A stretch of 64,000 bases of DNA, taken from NCBI GenBank assembly GCA_963789395.1, contig CAWBKP010000017.1:54612-118611 (forward strand), given 5' to 3'. The notes below the pieces were generated by a model. That model was given only the letters and a program-made list of their open reading frames with translations. It did not search any database and was not told the DNA's origin. The position numbers and the translations under genes were made by a program. Below are positions 9,579-19,451 of the stretch, piece by piece (the stretch's first letter is position 1; each line of letters begins with the position of its first letter). This stretch comes from an uncultured delta proteobacterium. GTDB lineage: Bacteria > Desulfobacterota > Desulfobacteria > Desulfobacterales > Desulfatirhabdiaceae.

Positions 9579-11009
9579 TTACGGAAGTATGGCAATGGTC
9601 GGATACAGCCCCTCAAGCTCGCCGTCAGGGTAGGGCTGGATGGTGTTAAAGGAAATATTCTGGTTTTTCTGCGCGTGGCCCCGGTTGTGTCTGCCGTTGA
9701 AATAGGCGCCATTGGCTTCCAGAATATGCTCAATTCTGTGTTGAAAGCCTTCAACGAACATCCTGCCGTCACCTTCAAACAGCAGATCCCCGCGCATCAT
9801 GCCGTCCTTGATTCTGGAAAATGCCTCAAGGGAATAACTGTTGGTCTGTAAATCCTCCTGGCAGCTGATGAATCCCCAGACCAGGTGCCCGGAAGGAATG
9901 GAGACCGGCTCGGTAAGATCGATGATGGTATGCGGCATGATGATGCTCTCCTCGCCGATTGTCAGGGGACAGTCCGGGGTTCCCCGCAGAAAGGAGTTGA
10001 ATCCCACAAATACTTTTTTACCCAGCACGGAATCGATGATTTTGGCGCCGTGGGCTGTAACATCATAGCCTTCCAGTCGGGAATTGATGATATAGCAGTT
10101 TTCCTGGGCATTGGCGCCCTTTCCCAGATAGGAATTCTGAATGTAGGCCCGTTGGGCAACCAGGACATTTTCACTGATATGGGTTTTCTTCTTGATCACC
10201 GCATACCGATCCAGAGAAGCACCTTCCGGAATGGAAATCGGCTGTTCCAGATGGACCACGTCAAACACCCGCTTGAAATCCGCTTTCCGTTCCTGAATAA
10301 AATCCATGATGATGCCGCGGGGAGGGCCCTCGCCGAGGATGAAATTAACGTAGCGGTCCAGAATCGGGCGGGGATAGCGGTATAGAAAATTGAAGGCCTT
10401 GTCTTTCTTGATCCAGATAGTTCCCGGATCAACATGAACATGGGACATTTCCCCGACCTGAACATATGAAAACCGTCCAACCACGCAGTCATGTGCGGTA
10501 GTCAGGTCAACGGTGCTGAAAGTTCCCAGAAAGCAGCCTTCGGTCGGAGCCCCGTGAATATTGGCATAATGCATGGACATGGTGTCGTGAATGAAAAAAT
10601 TCTCCAGGCTCTCCGGGTCGTGGGAATAGTTATGAACCAGGGTTTTGATGAGAAAACTGTCCTGGATATGAATGCATTCATCTTCGTAAACCGGAATCTT
10701 GTGGGTCCCATATGAAAAAACATCGTCTTTTCGCTTCAACTCATCTCCGCGAATGTCGCTTTTATACAGCACAGAATGACCCACCCGGCATTTCCCCAGA
10801 AAATAGCTGCCAGCCAGGTTGGAATGGCTGAAGTGAAAATTCAGCGGATGGTGGGGGGTAATGCCGTAAAATGCGTAGAATTTGGCAAGCTGGCCAATAG
10901 GCAGCACATTCTGAATGTAGGGAGCCAGGTCAAAATTCAGTTCTCTGAGGTTGATGTTGATCCGCTGCGCAATTCTTGCAATGAGGTTTTCAATTTGTTT
11001 CATTTCCAT
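9579..11009 (-). CDS. Left-handed beta-helix (hexapeptide-repeat) transferase-like protein
   Basis: Hexapeptide-like runs (ISENVLVAQRAYIQNSYLGKGANAQENC; VLGKKVFVGFNSFL; IGEESIIMPHTII); substrate unknown. Confidence 0.75.
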   Translation of the reverse strand: MEMKQIENLIARIAQRININLRELNFDLAPYIQNVLPIGQLAKFYAFYGITPHHPLNFHFSHSNLAGSYFLGKCRVGHSVLYKSDIRGDELKRKDDVFSYGTHKIPVYEDECIHIQDSFLIKTLVHNYSHDPESLENFFIHDTMSMHYANIHGAPTEGCFLGTFSTVDLTTAHDCVVGRFSYVQVGEMSHVHVDPGTIWIKKDKAFNFLYRYPRPILDRYVNFILGEGPPRGIIMDFIQERKADFKRVFDVVHLEQPISIPEGASLDRYAVIKKKTHISENVLVAQRAYIQNSYLGKGANAQENCYIINSRLEGYDVTAHGAKIIDSVLGKKVFVGFNSFLRGTPDCPLTIGEESIIMPHTIIDLTEPVSIPSGHLVWGFISCQEDLQTNSYSLEAFSRIKDGMMRGDLLFEGDGRMFVEGFQHRIEHILEANGAYFNGRHNRGHAQKNQNISFNTIQPYPDGELEGLYPTIAILP

Positions 11010-11144
11010 TACCTTTTAATTGAGAGAAATCATGAGTCAGCAGTCGGAAGCCATTGGGTTGATAACGTCCCATTGGCGCATAAGCTGTAAACTTTGTGTC
11101 GCAGGGTGGTTGGATAAAGTCTGAACGGGCTTTCTCTTCAGACG

Positions 11145-11699
11145 CTATATGCTGCATTGTTTCATCACATGAAAAACAGCGGCAAACACATCGGTAAGCC
11201 GTAAAATGCCGACGATTTCATTGCTTTCAGTCACCAGAAGCGACTGATGCTGTCCCAGAACCAGCTGGTGTATGGCCTCGTCCAGCGTGGCCTTCTCTGA
11301 GACATATTCTCCTTCCGTTGGGGTGTACATGAAATCCTTCACCTGTCTTTCGCCGGCTTTGCGGCAGATGTCTTTCAGGGGACTTTCCCAGAGGTGATAT
11401 TGAATGAGCATGGATTTCATGAATTTCTTGCTGAACCCATACCGGGCAAGGCCATCGCTGCCCTGCATCTCGGCGTATTTGGGTTCAAGCGCCCGAAGGA
11501 CATCGATCTGGCTGAGCTTTCCGACGACTTTTCCCTCTTTACTGAGGATGAGAATGGCCCGGTGCTGGTACCGGCTATGGTCAAAGGCCATCTGAGCCTT
11601 TTCTAGCGCCAAGACCGCATCGAACAGCGTGGCCTCTTCGTCCACTGTGGCGTATTCCGTCAACGGGATCATCAAATCTTTAACGTGGTACGTTTTCAC
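11145..11699 (-). CDS. CBS-pair domain protein
   Basis: VKDLM...VGKLSQIDVL and VKDFM...IVGILRLTDV repeats. Confidence 0.9.
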   Translation of the reverse strand: MKTYHVKDLMIPLTEYATVDEEATLFDAVLALEKAQMAFDHSRYQHRAILILSKEGKVVGKLSQIDVLRALEPKYAEMQGSDGLARYGFSKKFMKSMLIQYHLWESPLKDICRKAGERQVKDFMYTPTEGEYVSEKATLDEAIHQLVLGQHQSLLVTESNEIVGILRLTDVFAAVFHVMKQCSI

Positions 11700-12091
11700 T
11701 TTCCCTCCATGCCTGAATAGAATAAGAGTTGGAAATACTGAAAAAAGACAGTTTTATTGACTGGACACAGTCGAATCCGTTGTTATTTTGTTAGGATATG
11801 AAACCGATATATAGTATCACATGGGTATGGTGAGGTATAGATTTTTTTCTGTTGTTTGCAGACAGGGTGTTCGAATAGTATAATGAACAGACAGCACGAT
11901 TGCGCGGTTATTTGAGATGCTTTTTTTGTTGAAAATGCATATTCAAGCGTTTCATACCATGTATCGGCGCGATCCTGACCGGCAAAATTTTCACTTTTCC
12001 TTGATAAGTCCCTGTCGGTATAGTATTTGTTACCCAGTTGGTTCTTTTGGAAGAAGTTGACAAAATCAATCACACACGGGAGGTGCGTTAC

Positions 12092-12820
12092 ATGAAGAAA
12101 GTCGGCTTGATGCTGAAGTTTTTGTTGTTTTCGATTATTCTGGGTTTGATGACTTCCTCTTTCGCCATGGCGGATCTTTACTGGGAATCGGATCAGGAAA
12201 TCAAGGGAATGCCGGGACGGCCGGATGAAACCAAGCTCATTAAAACGTATCTTACCGAGTATGCCTCGCGAACCGAACGGGAAGGCCAGATTACCATCAT
12301 GAATTTCAATACCAAAATCATGTATCATATCAATCCGCAGGCCAAGACCTACCAGCAGATCAATATGGCGGAAATGGGAAAACCGCCTGCAATGAAAGGT
12401 GAAAAAGGCCAGATGCAGGAGCAGATGATGAAAAGCATGATGGGCAATATTCAGGTGACCCCCACCCAGGAAACCCGGCAGATTGCCGGCTACAACTGCA
12501 AGAAATACCTGGTTTCCGGTATGATGATGAACAGTGAATACTGGCTGTCAAAAGATGTCAAAGGATATGAAGAGGTCAAGGAGATCGGGAAAAAAATCGC
12601 CGGCATTTTTGATGAGAATCCCATGATGAAGCAGATGAACATTGCCGGGATGATGGGGCAACTGGATGGGTTTCCGGTTCAGATGATCATGAATATCATG
12701 AAAGGCACCTCAACCACGACGCTGAAAAAAATCGAAAAAAAGTCGCTGGACAAATCACTCTTTTCCATTCCCGAAGGATATACCCAAACACAGAGCAAAA
12801 TGCCCATGATGTCGAATTAA
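12092..12820 (+). CDS. Exported Met-rich protein, DUF4412-like
   Basis: Signal peptide; ETRQIAGYNCKKY, EYWLS, GFPV, LFSIPEGY motifs; GGAGG RBS. Confidence 0.75.
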   Translation: MKKVGLMLKFLLFSIILGLMTSSFAMADLYWESDQEIKGMPGRPDETKLIKTYLTEYASRTEREGQITIMNFNTKIMYHINPQAKTYQQINMAEMGKPPAMKGEKGQMQEQMMKSMMGNIQVTPTQETRQIAGYNCKKYLVSGMMMNSEYWLSKDVKGYEEVKEIGKKIAGIFDENPMMKQMNIAGMMGQLDGFPVQMIMNIMKGTSTTTLKKIEKKSLDKSLFSIPEGYTQTQSKMPMMSN

Positions 12821-12894
12821 AGAGGGAAACGAGAGGGTTTGGTTTGAAATCCGCGGCAATTGTATGCTGCGGGTTGGAGAAAAAGGAAAGCGCC

Positions 12895-13092
12895 ATGCCG
12901 TTTGTCAGCCACCCCGGATTGCCGGGCAAGGTTTTTGTGCCGGTATTTAATCCTGAAAAATCCAGGAAACATCCCTGCAGGGACTGTTTTTCCTGCCAGA
13001 TGTGCGGTGAGGACCGTTGTCAGGTCTGCCGGGGAGATACTGAAAAAAACGCAGAAAGCTCAAAAGAAGGAGATTGTTGTGTCAACAAGTGA
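12895..13092 (+). CDS. Small Cys-rich protein (CxxCxxCxxC-x4-CxxC)
   Basis: AAGGA RBS; MPFVSHPGLPGKVFVP...HPCRDCFSCQMCGEDRCQVC; overlaps trxB start. Confidence 0.6.
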   Translation: MPFVSHPGLPGKVFVPVFNPEKSRKHPCRDCFSCQMCGEDRCQVCRGDTEKNAESSKEGDCCVNK

Positions 13093-14041
13093 TATGTATG
13101 ATCTGATTATCGTTGGCGGCGGGCCGGGTGGTTTTTCCGCAGGGATTTACGCCATGCGGGCAGCCCTTAAAACCGTATTGATCGAAAAAGGTGCGCCCGG
13201 CGGCCAGATGACACTCTCAGGAGAAATTGAAAATTATCCCGGAATTGAGCGGATCGGCGGTCCCGATCTATCCATGCAGTTTCACCAGCATGCTCAGTCC
13301 TATGGGTTGGAAATGATTTCCTCGGAAGTCAGAGAAGTTGAGCCGGGTCTGGAATTCCATTCGGTGCATCTGGATGACGGGTCTGTTCTGAAGGCTTACG
13401 CCGTGATTCTGGGAACCGGCGGCAGCTCACATAAGCTGAATATTCCCGGAGAATCCGAATACTACGGCCAAGGGGTGTCTTATTGCGCGGTTTGTGACGG
13501 ATTTTTCTTCAGGAACAAAACCGTTGTGGTAATCGGCGGGGGAGACAGTGCGGCCGAGGAATCGCTTTATCTGGCCAAGCTTGCCAAACAGGTCTACATG
13601 GTTCATCGCCGGGATGCGTTGCGGGCCAGCAAGATTCTGCAGCAGCGGATCAAGGCTGAATGCAAGATCGAGATGATATGGGATTCCATTCCCGTGGCAA
13701 TCAAAGCCAATGAGCAGGGCGTCTCCTCCATTGAATTGAAAAACGTTAAGACCGGCCAGCTTCAGGACCTGGTAACAGACGGGGTGTTCATCTTTGTCGG
13801 GTTCAGCCCCAACAACCAACTGGTCCCTTCCGGGATTCACATGAATTCCAATGGATATGTGGTAACCGATGACAAGTGCGAAACCAATATTCCCGGAATT
13901 TATGTGATCGGAGATCTTCGCCAGAAATACGCCCGTCAGATTGTGGTTGCAGCATCGGATGGATGTACGGCCGCCCTTGCCGCTGCACATTATGTGGAAA
14001 ACAAGAAAGCGGCGGAATCCGATTCCTGCCAGCTGGTGTAG
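13079..14041 (+). CDS. trxB: Thioredoxin-disulfide reductase
   Basis: GGGPGG FAD motif, GVSYCAVCDG redox pair, IGGGDSA, HRRDALRA; GTG start with AGGAG RBS. Confidence 0.95.
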   Translation: MSTSDMYDLIIVGGGPGGFSAGIYAMRAALKTVLIEKGAPGGQMTLSGEIENYPGIERIGGPDLSMQFHQHAQSYGLEMISSEVREVEPGLEFHSVHLDDGSVLKAYAVILGTGGSSHKLNIPGESEYYGQGVSYCAVCDGFFFRNKTVVVIGGGDSAAEESLYLAKLAKQVYMVHRRDALRASKILQQRIKAECKIEMIWDSIPVAIKANEQGVSSIELKNVKTGQLQDLVTDGVFIFVGFSPNNQLVPSGIHMNSNGYVVTDDKCETNIPGIYVIGDLRQKYARQIVVAASDGCTAALAAAHYVENKKAAESDSCQLV

Positions 14042-14053
14042 GTGTTGTGGCCA

Positions 14054-15361
14054 ATGCGATATGCCCCCATTGACCCTTGCCTGTTTCAGGAACATCGCAA
14101 ACACCTGAAAGCGCGGCTCAAGCCGAATGCCATTGCCGTGCTTCTTTCCAATGATGTGATGCCGACCAGCGCTGACGGAAGACTGACATTTGTTCAGCAT
14201 TCCGATATATTTTATCTCTGCGGCATTGACCAGGAGGAGACAATCCTGGTGATATGCCCGGATGCCCAGGAAAAAAAGCACCGGGAAATCCTTTTTATCC
14301 GAGAGACCAGCGAAAATATCGCAATCTGGGAAGGGCCGAAATATACGAAGGAACAGGCAACCGCCATTTCCGGCATCCAGACCGTGTACTGGACCCGGGA
14401 ATTTGATGCGGTGTTCCGGACACTGGCCATCGAATCCGAAGCGATCTATTTGAATACCAATGAGCATCTGCGGGCTGAAGTGGCAGTGGAAACCCGGGAT
14501 CAGCGATTTTTGAAAAAATGCATGGCCAGGTATCCGCTCCACCGCTATGAGCGGCTGGCACCTGTCATGCATGCGCTTCGTGCCGTCAAGTCGAAGATGG
14601 AGATGGACCTGATTCAAGCAGCCTGCCGTATTACCGAAAAAGCCTTTCGCCGGCTGTTGTCTTTTATCCGGCCCGGGGTCTGGGAATTTGAGATCGAAGC
14701 TGAAATCATCCATGAATTCCTGATAAACCGTTCCCGGGGGCCGGCCTATCCATCCATTATCGCCTCGGGGGCGAATGCCTGCATTCTCCACTATGAAAAC
14801 AATGACCGGCAGTGCCAGGATGGGGAACTGCTGCTGATGGACTTTGGGGCCGAATACGCCGGCTATGCATCCGATCTGACACGGACGGTTCCGGTCGGCG
14901 GCAGGTTCAGCCCCAGGCAAAAGGCGGTCTATAATGCGGTTCTGCGGGTAAAAAAAGCCGCCATCGCCATGCTGATTCCGGGCAACACGCTGGCTGAGTA
15001 TCACAAGGCCGTGGGCCTTGTGATGGAAAAGGAACTGGTTGACCTGGGACTTCTGACCTTGACCGATATTCACAACCAGCCTGAAAACACACCGGCTTAC
15101 AAGAAGTTTTTCATGCACGGCACGTCCCATCACCTTGGCCTGAACGTCCATGATTATGGAAATCGGCACCGTATCTTCGAGCCGGGGATGGTGTTTACCG
15201 TTGAGCCGGGAATCTATATTCGGGAAGAAGGCCTCGGGGTTCGGATTGAAAACGATATCGTGATCACCGATGACGGCCCGGTGGACCTCATGAAAGACAT
15301 TCCGGTAGAAATCGATGAAATTGAAATGCTGATGGCTTCTGATAATCATCGTTCTGAGTAA
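14054..15361 (+). CDS. pepP: Xaa-Pro aminopeptidase (M24B)
   Basis: DFGAEYAGYASDLTRT, HGTSHHLGLNVHD, TVEPGIY, GVRIEND metal-ligand motifs. Confidence 0.93.
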   Translation: MRYAPIDPCLFQEHRKHLKARLKPNAIAVLLSNDVMPTSADGRLTFVQHSDIFYLCGIDQEETILVICPDAQEKKHREILFIRETSENIAIWEGPKYTKEQATAISGIQTVYWTREFDAVFRTLAIESEAIYLNTNEHLRAEVAVETRDQRFLKKCMARYPLHRYERLAPVMHALRAVKSKMEMDLIQAACRITEKAFRRLLSFIRPGVWEFEIEAEIIHEFLINRSRGPAYPSIIASGANACILHYENNDRQCQDGELLLMDFGAEYAGYASDLTRTVPVGGRFSPRQKAVYNAVLRVKKAAIAMLIPGNTLAEYHKAVGLVMEKELVDLGLLTLTDIHNQPENTPAYKKFFMHGTSHHLGLNVHDYGNRHRIFEPGMVFTVEPGIYIREEGLGVRIENDIVITDDGPVDLMKDIPVEIDEIEMLMASDNHRSE

Positions 15362-15444
15362 AACCCCTGTTCTACCGGACAGGGTGTGAGCCGCCATCCG
15401 CAAACTGAATTTTCCCAATTATTCCCTCACGACGGGATGCCAAA

Positions 15445-17211
15445 ATGAATCACCCGAAAAAAAAGTCTGCCTCGCCCATTCAGGATGCCATTGCAGAACT
15501 GGCCGAACAGCGAAAGACTGTCCTGGCGCTGCCTGCGGAAAAGGCCATGGATGCCATTCTGAATGCCCGGCATCCTGCGGCCCTGGTTCATTCCCTCCCG
15601 GAAACGGACCTGTTTTTTCTGGTTCAGGATATCGGTCCCGAGGACGCGCTGCCGCTTCTGGCACTGGCTTCCAATGCCCAGTGGGATTTTATGCTGGACA
15701 TGGCGACCTGGAAAGGCGATCGGATCGAAAACCGTTCCGTGACCCGGTGGCTGAACCTGAGATATCTGGCGGATCCCGATCGCTTTTTGCGGTGGTTTCA
15801 CAGCGAAGACCCTGAGTTCATTGAATGGTATCTGTTTAGAAACATCCAGATACGCGCGTTGGAGCCGGACGAAGAACCTGCGGATATTCCGGATGCGTTC
15901 ATGACGATAGATAACGTGATCTATTTTCGATTTCTGCCGGAATCCGGCGAGATGGAATCTTCTGAAGCGGACATCGATGCATCGGACACGGATGAGGAAC
16001 GGTATACGTTTATTACCCGTTTTCTGGAAAAACTCTATTCCGAGGATCCGATTCAGTATCAGAATGTGATGCTGGAAACATCGACGATTCTTCCGGCTGA
16101 AACAGAGGAAGAAGCCTGGCGAATCCGGAATGTCCGGATGGCCGAAAAAGGGTTTCTGCCTTTTGACGAGGCCATTGGGGTCTATCAGCCCTTGAAGCCG
16201 GATGCCATTCCCAAACGGATCATTTCCAAAAAAAGAACCGGGGAGCCATACCTTCCGGTTCCGGTCTATGCCTCCGGCATGCTGGATGATGACAACCTGT
16301 TCTCGCGATCTTTACAAGTTCTGGGACAGGATCGCATACTTCCCGAGATCCAGACCGAACTGGCGTCTTTGATCAATCAACTTGTGGTGGCGGATCAAAA
16401 AACGATTGCATCCAAAGCGGATATCGAGGAGGTTGTCAAGAAAGCCGTTGGATATCTGTCCATCGGACTGGAGCGTTTGTCGACACCGCCTCTGGATGCC
16501 GTTCGGAGCGCTTCCCTGATCCGCTCCCGGTTGTTGTCGGGGATCTTTCGCGTGGGTTATGGTGCAGCCCTGGAACTGAAGTGGCAGGCACAGGGATGGA
16601 TGAAACAAAGCTGGTTCATGGCTAATAAATTGCCGCTGGGCTTCTGGGGGGAGTCGTGGCTCGGTGTTTTGGGCGGCCTCTTGATTAAAAAGCCCTTGTT
16701 TTTCGATAATTATCAAACAGGTGCGCTTTACAGGGACTTTCGATCCCTTGCGGATATCCAGGCGACCCAATCCATTTTGAATCAGATTATCCGGTTTGAC
16801 CAGATCCTTGGGGCCATGACGGATGATCTGACCCTGTTTTTGCAATCTGTCCCTTCCAGGCAGCATCTTTCCTATAAAAATCTTATACTGACCCGTTGGG
16901 TCCAGTTTTATATCGGCCTGTCAGGAGATAACGTACCTGTCCCCATGGACAGATTTGTCCTGTTTTTTCACGATCTCTTTGGAAAATCCGCAAAGTCGGG
17001 TGCTGTAAAACCTGGACGAATCAGGAAAGCGATGAAATCGTCTTTTTTACGGTGGCTATCAGAAAAAACAGGATGGACTGCCAGTGAATTGACGGAGCGC
17101 AGCGGGCCGGAAATGGAGAGGCTTTTTGCGGAACTGGAAGCCGATCTGGGCGGGGTTTCGGAGGCTGATCTCGATCCCCGGTTCATTCAGTTGTTCCTTG
17201 TTGCACCGTAG
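15445..17211 (+). CDS. Conserved hypothetical protein, DUF6178-like
   Basis: 588-aa ORF; recognised pattern LVQDIGPEDALPLLALAS...D..TW, EEEAWRIRNVRMAEKGFLPFDEA. Confidence 0.7.
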   Translation: MNHPKKKSASPIQDAIAELAEQRKTVLALPAEKAMDAILNARHPAALVHSLPETDLFFLVQDIGPEDALPLLALASNAQWDFMLDMATWKGDRIENRSVTRWLNLRYLADPDRFLRWFHSEDPEFIEWYLFRNIQIRALEPDEEPADIPDAFMTIDNVIYFRFLPESGEMESSEADIDASDTDEERYTFITRFLEKLYSEDPIQYQNVMLETSTILPAETEEEAWRIRNVRMAEKGFLPFDEAIGVYQPLKPDAIPKRIISKKRTGEPYLPVPVYASGMLDDDNLFSRSLQVLGQDRILPEIQTELASLINQLVVADQKTIASKADIEEVVKKAVGYLSIGLERLSTPPLDAVRSASLIRSRLLSGIFRVGYGAALELKWQAQGWMKQSWFMANKLPLGFWGESWLGVLGGLLIKKPLFFDNYQTGALYRDFRSLADIQATQSILNQIIRFDQILGAMTDDLTLFLQSVPSRQHLSYKNLILTRWVQFYIGLSGDNVPVPMDRFVLFFHDLFGKSAKSGAVKPGRIRKAMKSSFLRWLSEKTGWTASELTERSGPEMERLFAELEADLGGVSEADLDPRFIQLFLVAP

Positions 17212-17218
17212 CGCCGGT

Positions 17219-18041
17219 CTAAATCTGGCTTTCCTGCTCCTGGCAGAGCTGATCCAGAATATGAATCCGGTTGATGATTTCCTCCCTGTCAATCGATACG
17301 ATCCGGACACCCTGAAGCATGACAGTCTCCATCGGCAGATGTCCTTAAAAGATGATCCTGCCTGTCCGCCATGTCCAGGAGATGAATGAGCCGCTCTTTT
17401 TCAGATTCCAATGCCTGCCTGATGTCGGATTCCGGATGGGGATCTGTGAGAAAATCAAGAATAACGTCTAGAGATCCGAGAATATTGCCAGCCTGAGCAA
17501 TGTGTTTTTCAATCATTTTCAGAAGCACCCGGATATGCGCTTCGCTTTGCATCCATCTGGAATTTCTCAGCCGGATCTTGTACTGTGTTCGAAGGGGATC
17601 TTCCGAAAATCGGTGTAATGCTTCAATGATCCTGGGGTCTGTTTTTCGGGAAATATTCAATCGGGAGATAACAGGGTGAATGGCTTCAACAGGGACTGTA
17701 ACCGGTACGCTCCCTATGCCCGGAAAATGAAAAACCGTTTCCAGCTTCCGGGACATCAGCAGGCTGCAGATTGTTTTTTCATCGGCGTTGCTGTAATGAA
17801 ACCGTTCGACAATCGCTTCGATGGCGATCTGAAACCCTTCATCCGGGAACAGAATGAGTTCAAAGAGAGAGGCGCCTTCGCTGGAGGTTTCATCCAGAAG
17901 GGTTTGTCGAATCGCATCAAGGGTATCCATGCCTGAGACGGACATCATGTAATGCATGATGTCCGTGCTGACGGATATGCCGCGGCATAGTTCTTTTTGA
18001 ATGGCGTTAGCCAGTATCAGACAAGGGGAGTTGGGGTCCAT
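17219..18041 (-). CDS. Hypothetical protein (probable frameshift near 17335)
   Basis: 250-aa ORF; alternate frame continues PMETVMLQGVRIVSIDREEIINRIHILDQL to TAG at 17219, which avoids a noncoding gap. Confidence 0.65.
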
Positions 18042-18071
18042 AATACCATTGCGCTAATGAGGGGAATTTGC

Positions 18072-18290
18072 ATGAAGTTGATCATTCTGTCACTGATGAT
18101 CCTGTTTTCAGCCGCTGTTTCGGGCTGTTCCGGGGATAAGGCCAAGGAACTCATGGATACGGCGCTTCTTGAAGAAAAACAGCATAATCCGGACCATGCC
18201 CGGCAGCTGTACCAGGAAATTATTCAAAAATACCCTGACAGCATTTTTGCCGGGGATGCGCAAAAAAGGCTTTCCGATCTGAAGAAATAA
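18072..18290 (+). CDS. Small TPR-like lipoprotein
   Basis: Lipobox VSGC; ARQLYQEIIQKYPDSIFAGDAQKRL TPR-like helix pair. Confidence 0.75.
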   Translation: MKLIILSLMILFSAAVSGCSGDKAKELMDTALLEEKQHNPDHARQLYQEIIQKYPDSIFAGDAQKRLSDLKK

Positions 18291-18367
18291 TCCGGACCGC
18301 GTACCGGATCTCAATGTATCGACATGCTCTTGCGGTGCCTTCTGCGTATCTAATCCGGATAGTCCTT

Positions 18368-19450
18368 TCACCCTATACATACAACAGCCGATGAACAAAT
18401 GGCAAGTTTCAGGTTCGATCCGACGCGGGGAGGGGGCGGGTTGTTGAACAGGTCAAATGTCAGGGACAGCGCTTCCGGTGTTTCAATTCTCAGGCGATAA
18501 AACTTTCCCTGAAACAGCCGCTGCGTGACAATGCCGGATATCATGGTTTCCGGTTGGCTGCCTCTTGCCGTTGTATGATGCGGATTTGGGCCATCAGCGG
18601 ATATCACTGTCGCTGCTTCGGGCCGGATCAAAAGGGTAGTTGCTTTGCCCGGCGCAATCTTTTCAGGATTTGCCGGATAAAAGACGCCGATCCGTGTTTG
18701 TACGCGTCCATCCCGCATCCCCGTACCGTCCACAAAATTTTCAAACCCGAGAAATGCGGCAACCCGCCGGTTTCGGGGCCGTCGATACAGGTTTTCCGGA
18801 CTGTCTTCCTGTTCGATTTGCCCCTGATTCATCACCGCCACCCTGTCAGCCATGGCATAGGCTTCGGCATGATCGTGGGTCACAAAAACCGCGGTAACAC
18901 CGACATGCCGCAAAATGGCCTTCAGTTCCGGAACCAGCCGTTCGCGAAGCTCCCGGTCCAATGAACCCATGGGCTCATCCAGCAGCAGAAGCCTGGGGTT
19001 TGGGGCAAGGCTCCGGGCCAGGGCGATCCGCTGCCGTTCGCCTCCGGACAAGGAACTGATGCCGCGATTTGAAAACCCGTCCAGCCCGACCAGCGACAGA
19101 AGTTCATGAACGCGGCGGGTGATTTCCTGGGGAGGCAGTTTTTTCTGTGACAGCCCGAACCCCACATTTTCAAAAACCGTTTTGTGAGGAAACAGCGCAA
19201 ACTCCTGAAACATCATGCCAAATTGCCTGCGATGGGGCGGAACGTTCGCCATGTCCTTGCCATTAAAGGTGACGCTGCCGCTGTCCGGAGTTTCAATGCC
19301 TGCAAGGATTCGCAGAAGCGTTGTTTTTCCGCATCCGGAGGGCCCCAGAATTCCCAGAATCATGCCCTGGTCAAGGCGGAAACTGACTTGTTTGAGGGCC
19401 AGGGCGTGCGCATAGGTTTTGCTGATATGGGAAACTTCCAGATACGCCAT
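18368..19450 (-). CDS. thiQ: ABC transporter ATP-binding subunit (thiamine, ThiQ/PotA-like)
   Basis: GPSGCGKTT, LSGGERQR, LLLDEP, VTHD; TOBE-like C-terminus; last gene of the TPP-regulated operon. Confidence 0.88.
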   Translation of the reverse strand: MAYLEVSHISKTYAHALALKQVSFRLDQGMILGILGPSGCGKTTLLRILAGIETPDSGSVTFNGKDMANVPPHRRQFGMMFQEFALFPHKTVFENVGFGLSQKKLPPQEITRRVHELLSLVGLDGFSNRGISSLSGGERQRIALARSLAPNPRLLLLDEPMGSLDRELRERLVPELKAILRHVGVTAVFVTHDHAEAYAMADRVAVMNQGQIEQEDSPENLYRRPRNRRVAAFLGFENFVDGTGMRDGRVQTRIGVFYPANPEKIAPGKATTLLIRPEAATVISADGPNPHHTTARGSQPETMISGIVTQRLFQGKFYRLRIETPEALSLTFDLFNNPPPPRVGSNLKLAICSSAVVCIG

Positions 19451-19451
19451 A

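Noticed and set aside
14039..14056. trxB TAG in frame with pepP, suggesting read-through or pyrrolysine fusion
   Set aside because: TrxB is complete, pepP has its own start with an AGGTG RBS, and no pyl genes are seen; same-frame adjacency occurs by chance one time in three.
13427..15418. 663-aa minus-strand ORF
   Set aside because: Antisense shadow of trxB/pepP with no recognisable motifs.
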